Positions 60,916-64,000 of a stretch of 64,000 bases of DNA are shown one piece after another. The translations under genes and the position numbers were made by a program. The DNA is from Chrysomallon squamiferum (taxonomy: Eukaryota > Animalia > Mollusca): the NCBI GenBank assembly GCA_012295275.1, contig CM022666.1, forward strand, positions 2,542,001 through 2,606,000. Direction: 5' to 3'. Positions within the stretch are counted from its first letter, which is position 1; each line of letters opens with the position of its first letter. The notes below the pieces were generated by a model, which searched no databases, was not told the DNA's origin, and saw only the letters and a list, made by a program, of their open reading frames with translations.

Positions 60916-63366
60916 TTTTATTATTGATGACTTTACAAGTAGAAGAATTCCTGAATGAAAATATAAAACTACACTTTTATACATTTCAGTGAATGAAATG
61001 AAAACGTAAAACAACTAAAAATGTTAGCCTATATTCATCTGAAGATTGTATTACATTTTGGGGATATTTTATTATAAAAAAGCTCATAAAGTGTATAAAT
61101 AAATAAATAAAATAAATAAAGCAATCTTTTGGAAGTATTTAATGTGTAGCATACATGTCAGAAATATATCAATAAATTTCTGTAACAGAAATAAAGGTGA
61201 TCATAAAGAAAAATTGTTTAAAATAATTTTATTATTATTATCATTATTATTATTATTATTTTGTCACCAGCACCCTCTCCACCACAGAATCTCACTGTTG
61301 TCTCATACAGAAAAACTTTAAAAGTAAGATGGCTGCCTCCATTACACATGAACGGAAATAAGGGTAATGTACATTTAAGTTTCTATGAATTTTTCTTTCC
61401 ATAGTCATTCTCTGACTTCTAAATGTTGATAAATTTCATTGTGGTACCCTTAAAACATATTTACCTAATGGATGACACAAAAATTAACTAGTCGACAAGA
61501 TTTAACAGCAAGATACTATCTGCTGAAGTTTCATTAATTAGTTAAAAGATTATTAACCTTATTAAGAATTTAAAAAAATAAATACATAAAAATTGCTTTA
61601 TTAACAATCTAAACACAATATTTTTCCATTCATGCAGCTGATTTTTAAAAAATTTTTAAATTTTTTTAAAAAATTTTAAAGATAAATTTAAAATTCTCAA
61701 TACAATAAACTTTACATATGTTAAAATACAGAGGCCTGCATGAAAACAGAAATTAGAAAAGATAAAAAAAAAAAAAAAAAAAAAAATTAAACATTTTTCT
61801 ACTTACGAAACTATTTTTAAAACACTTTGCATATTGTTTTTCAGATGACATTGTTTATGTCATACAGTTGCTGAACAATTCTGACAATATAATCAGATCA
61901 GTTAGCAGTCGAACTGAGACCACAGAATTTAACATCACTGAAATTGGAAAATACACGATTATTGTGTCGACCATGAACACAGTTTTAAGGGCAGAGAGCA
62001 AAAAGATCAGAAAATCAGTCACTGTAATTAATCCTGGTATGTTAATTAGTAAGCTAAGATTTTATGGATTAATTGTATCTTGCACCATTAATGAAAACTG
62101 ATTGATTTGTCATTACTGTGCTTTTTCCATGTCTTTGAAAAAATCAACTTCCTGTTTGTCTTGTGACAGTATAGCTGATATATAAATTATATAATTAATT
62201 AGTTATATATATATATATATAATTAATAAAACAAATTAATAATTTCATCACATTAATGTTTGCCACACAAATTATACATATATAGGGACAGATAAATATA
62301 GATATAGGTATGATATAATAAGTTTAGTAATTAATATAATTTATATATATATATAATAAGGTTTATAATTAATAAAACAAATTAATAATTTCATCACATT
62401 AATGTTTGCCACACAAATTACATTATAATTTAGTTTGATTTCTGTTTCTAATAGTTCCCGATTTTGTACCAGTCATTGTAAGTCTTGTTGGAATGGATGC
62501 CCACCGAATTATGGTAAACTGGACAGTAAGTATTTATATTTTGTTTTATTTATTTATTTATTTATATTATATTATATTATTATTATTATAATTTATATAT
62601 TTTTTTTTTTTTTTTTTTTTTTGTATGTTGTTATTAATATTTTATACCAATAAAGAATAATCATGCAAACATGTCTTTGTATGGATGTATTTTGACCTAT
62701 GTTGTATACTTAATTATTATCAAACACTGCTCTTCCAAAACAGTATATTTTAACTGAAATCTTAAACAAAACTTTCTTGTGTTGTATAATCCAATTATAA
62801 TGGAAACTTATATGCGTAATATATTTAATTTAATCTGTTTATGTTATAATTTTTGTGACGATAATTTTCCTTTCAAACATTTAGTGAATAGACTGTTTAT
62901 GTTCTTTCATTAAAGATTTCAGATTAGATAGAGTTAATCTGTACCAAATCCACATAATTGTCACAGATTTACATGTACTGTGTTGAGTTAGATGTGTTTA
63001 CAAGTTTTTAAGTAAAACATTATCGATACAACACACTTAAATTCCAAAATAATGATGATAAACTTTAACACAAAATTCATATAATGATACCACCCACTAA
63101 TCCTTGTATTATTATTATTTTTTAATTTTTTATTTAGAACCCAAAAGACACCAATGTCTTCCCACCAATTGATGGGTATGTTGTTTATATCAGAAAAACA
63201 AAAGAGGATGCTGAATTTACAAAATTCACTGTTAAGAACGTTTCTGCTATGTATTTTGTCATATCTGGCCTTAAGGAAAGGTCAAGGTATGAGGTCAAAA
63301 TTGCCGCATTTAATGTCAAAGGTCGTGGTTCATTTTCAAAATTGAAAGAAACTGCAACGAAATATG
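49599..63366 (+). CDS. Immunoglobulin-superfamily cell-surface protein: signal peptide, 7 Ig (I-set-like), at least 3 FN3; incomplete at the right edge; apparent +1 frameshift at 50107-50113
   Basis: Exons 49599-49662, 50075-50200/50206, 50423-50570, 51771-51887, 52340-52501, 53259-53531, 54520-54654, 55309-55443, 55854-56047, 56823-56916, 57485-57763, 58176-58418, 60500-60784, 61271-61363, 61845-62036, 62455-62525, 63138-63366. Repeated C...W...DxGxYxC Ig motifs and FN3 motifs (ITLSW...NLSPYTKYVFRVRPRNVFGEG; GLKERSRYEVKIAAFNVKGRG). Phases are consistent throughout. Confidence 0.88.
50075..50570 (+). CDS. Ig domain 1 (exons 50075-50200/50206 and 50423-50570)
   Basis: LDTKPSFTYVP/NEDIALPINSTVTLKCEASGSPVPAIKWTK + NGGDIP...LHIQRFQKSDVGLYNCTAANSLG. 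Confidence 0.85.
51771..52501 (+). CDS. Ig domain 2 (exons 51771-51887 and 52340-52501)
   Basis: DPVFVRPELTVVKAGSSVSLECQ...VLW + NNTLHIARTDKQHHGTYSC. Confidence 0.9.
52665..52865 (-). mobile_element. Degenerate copy of the same SINE, reverse orientation
   Basis: Reverse complement of about 52755-52797 (ctgtctatgggaaggtg...agatctattgctatt) matches about 28095-28135. Confidence 0.6.
53259..53531 (+). CDS. Ig domain 3 exon
   Basis: RPKITTTPVSLQVLVGERVRFTC...WYK...DVGIYKCIAKNTEG. Confidence 0.93.
54060..54506. repeat. Degenerate (ATTT/ATCT)n tract abutting an aaag acceptor
   Basis: Directly visible; ends about 12 nt before the exon at 54520. Confidence 0.95.
54520..55443 (+). CDS. Ig domain 4 (exons 54520-54654 and 55309-55443)
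   Basis: KPYFETSPRDQLVQIGDDVTLQCQANGSPVPVQRW + TLVISNIRNNQLGEYTCTARNVGG. Confidence 0.92.
55050..55162 (+). mobile_element. Degenerate SINE core
   Basis: gatcaatcccattccagcctatgctc...tcctgtttatggatctgtgca...cttactgcta parallels the 28000-28135 copy. Confidence 0.4.
55854..56916 (+). CDS. Ig domain 5 (exons 55854-56047 and 56823-56916, probable GC-AG intron)
   Basis: VVLGCNA...ISWTK...GDLVIK + QSKFDDEAWYVCTAENNEG. Confidence 0.88.
57485..57763 (+). CDS. Ig domain 6 exon
   Basis: KPKII...SLKCNVTGDPNPDIKW...DAGEWKCQACNLIG. Confidence 0.93.
58176..58418 (+). CDS. Ig domain 7 exon
   Basis: KPSI...VRCVAVGKPEPAIKY...HYSCTATNKYG. Confidence 0.9.
58976..59657. repeat. Tandem duplication, 361-bp copy followed by a 321-bp copy with multiple small deletions
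   Basis: tgtcaacaaaacagtt...gttgaatcattc starts at 58976 and again at 59337. Confidence 0.95.
59660..60470. repeat. About 118-bp tandem repeat x 7, directly upstream of the FN3-1 exon
   Basis: Unit cagtttagtaacagcaaagtgt...tcaaaacca...ataactgttcaggttattaaa...tgttcacagaattaaca; seven occurrences of gaattaac. Confidence 0.95.
60500..60784 (+). CDS. FN3 domain 1 exon
   Basis: PQKPSKLVATEIKSRNITLSW...NLSPYTKYVFRVRPRNVFGEGPVS. Confidence 0.93.
61271..62036 (+). CDS. FN3 domain 2 (exons 61271-61363 and 61845-62036)
   Basis: PSPPQNLTV...VRWLPPLHMNG + DIVYVI...GKYTIIVSTMN. Confidence 0.88.
62219..62421. repeat. Direct repeat of about 55 bp
   Basis: ataattaataaaacaaattaataatttcatcacattaatgtttgccacacaaatta near 62219 and near 62366. 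Confidence 0.9.
62455..63366 (+). CDS. FN3 domain 3 (exons 62455-62525 and 63138-63366)
   Basis: PDFVP...IMVNWT + NPK...IDGYVVY...GLKERSRYEVKIAAFNVKGRGSFS; ends at donor G|gtaagt. Confidence 0.9.
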
Positions 63367-63635
63367 GTAAGTAAAAATAACAGCATGAATAATTTCACAG
63401 GTGAAATTGTTGTTGTTATTTAAGTAATAGTTTAATCTCTTCTTTGCTGAAGCAGATTTGCCATTTAATTTTGAATTACATTGTTTTGTGTATGACCAGT
63501 GAAAATGGTATGAGACACCCAAAGATTATGTTGTATCTCAGTGTACAATGTATTCAGAGACAGCTAAAGGTTTAGGTGGAAGAGAAATTCAAATCATATA
63601 GTAGTCAATAGTAGTACCTTGCTGCAGTTAAATTT

Positions 63636-63770
63636 ATTTTGTTTCATTTATTTTCTTTGTTATAAAGATTTGTTTCATTTATTTTCTACATTATTCAGTT
63701 TTATTTCATTTTTCTACATTAGTCAGTTTTGTTTCATTTATTTTCTACATTATTAAATTTGATCCATTTT
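63636..63770. repeat. Degenerate ~30-bp tandem repeat
   Basis: tttgtttcatttattttct(acatta) about four times. Confidence 0.7.
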
Positions 63771-64000
63771 ATATTTAATTTCCGAAATAAGACTATATTA
63801 CTTAATAATTTATTTAGATATTAAAAGAATTTTAAATTACATATGAAAAAAAAAATATATATATATATATATTATTTCATAAATCAATATTATTTCTATT
63901 TCTATTATTATGTTATTACAGAAATAAAAATATTTTATGTTTTAGCTTATGTTTAATACTTTTATTTCTGAAATAAAACTATATAATTTTTATATTTTAC

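Noticed and set aside
1-64000. tRNA, rRNA, snRNA genes and autonomous transposon ORFs
   Set aside because: None were recognised; the only Pol III-like box is in the degenerate SINE near 28005.

Overview
AT-rich, microsatellite-dense, intron-rich animal genomic DNA. It is probably molluscan (gastropod-like), inferred only from a remembered SINE similarity. Five genes were assembled by hand from splice sites and reading phase. (1) The first coding exon of an equilibrative nucleoside transporter (ENT4/SLC29A4-like, minus strand, runs off the left edge). (2,3) Two complete tandem Na+/K+-ATPase beta-subunit paralogues (minus strand, 6 exons each, 291 and 314 aa). (4) A complete PA-TM-RING E3 ligase (RNF13/RNF167/Godzilla family, plus strand, 421/422 aa). 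(5) A signal peptide + 7 Ig + at least 3 FN3 cell-surface gene (plus strand, runs off the right edge) with an apparent +1 frameshift in its second coding exon and a probable GC-AG intron. The most interesting signal is in the RNF13-like gene: a pair of duplicated, frame-incompatible (mutually exclusive) PA-domain exons, separated by an intron that folds into two long nested stems plus a competing pairing that would loop out the second exon. The same gene has a tandem array that copies the RING exon's 3' splice site six times, and every decoy leads to a premature stop. Several other duplications also sit on exon borders. All alignments, counts and pairings were done by eye; no searches or folding programs were run.
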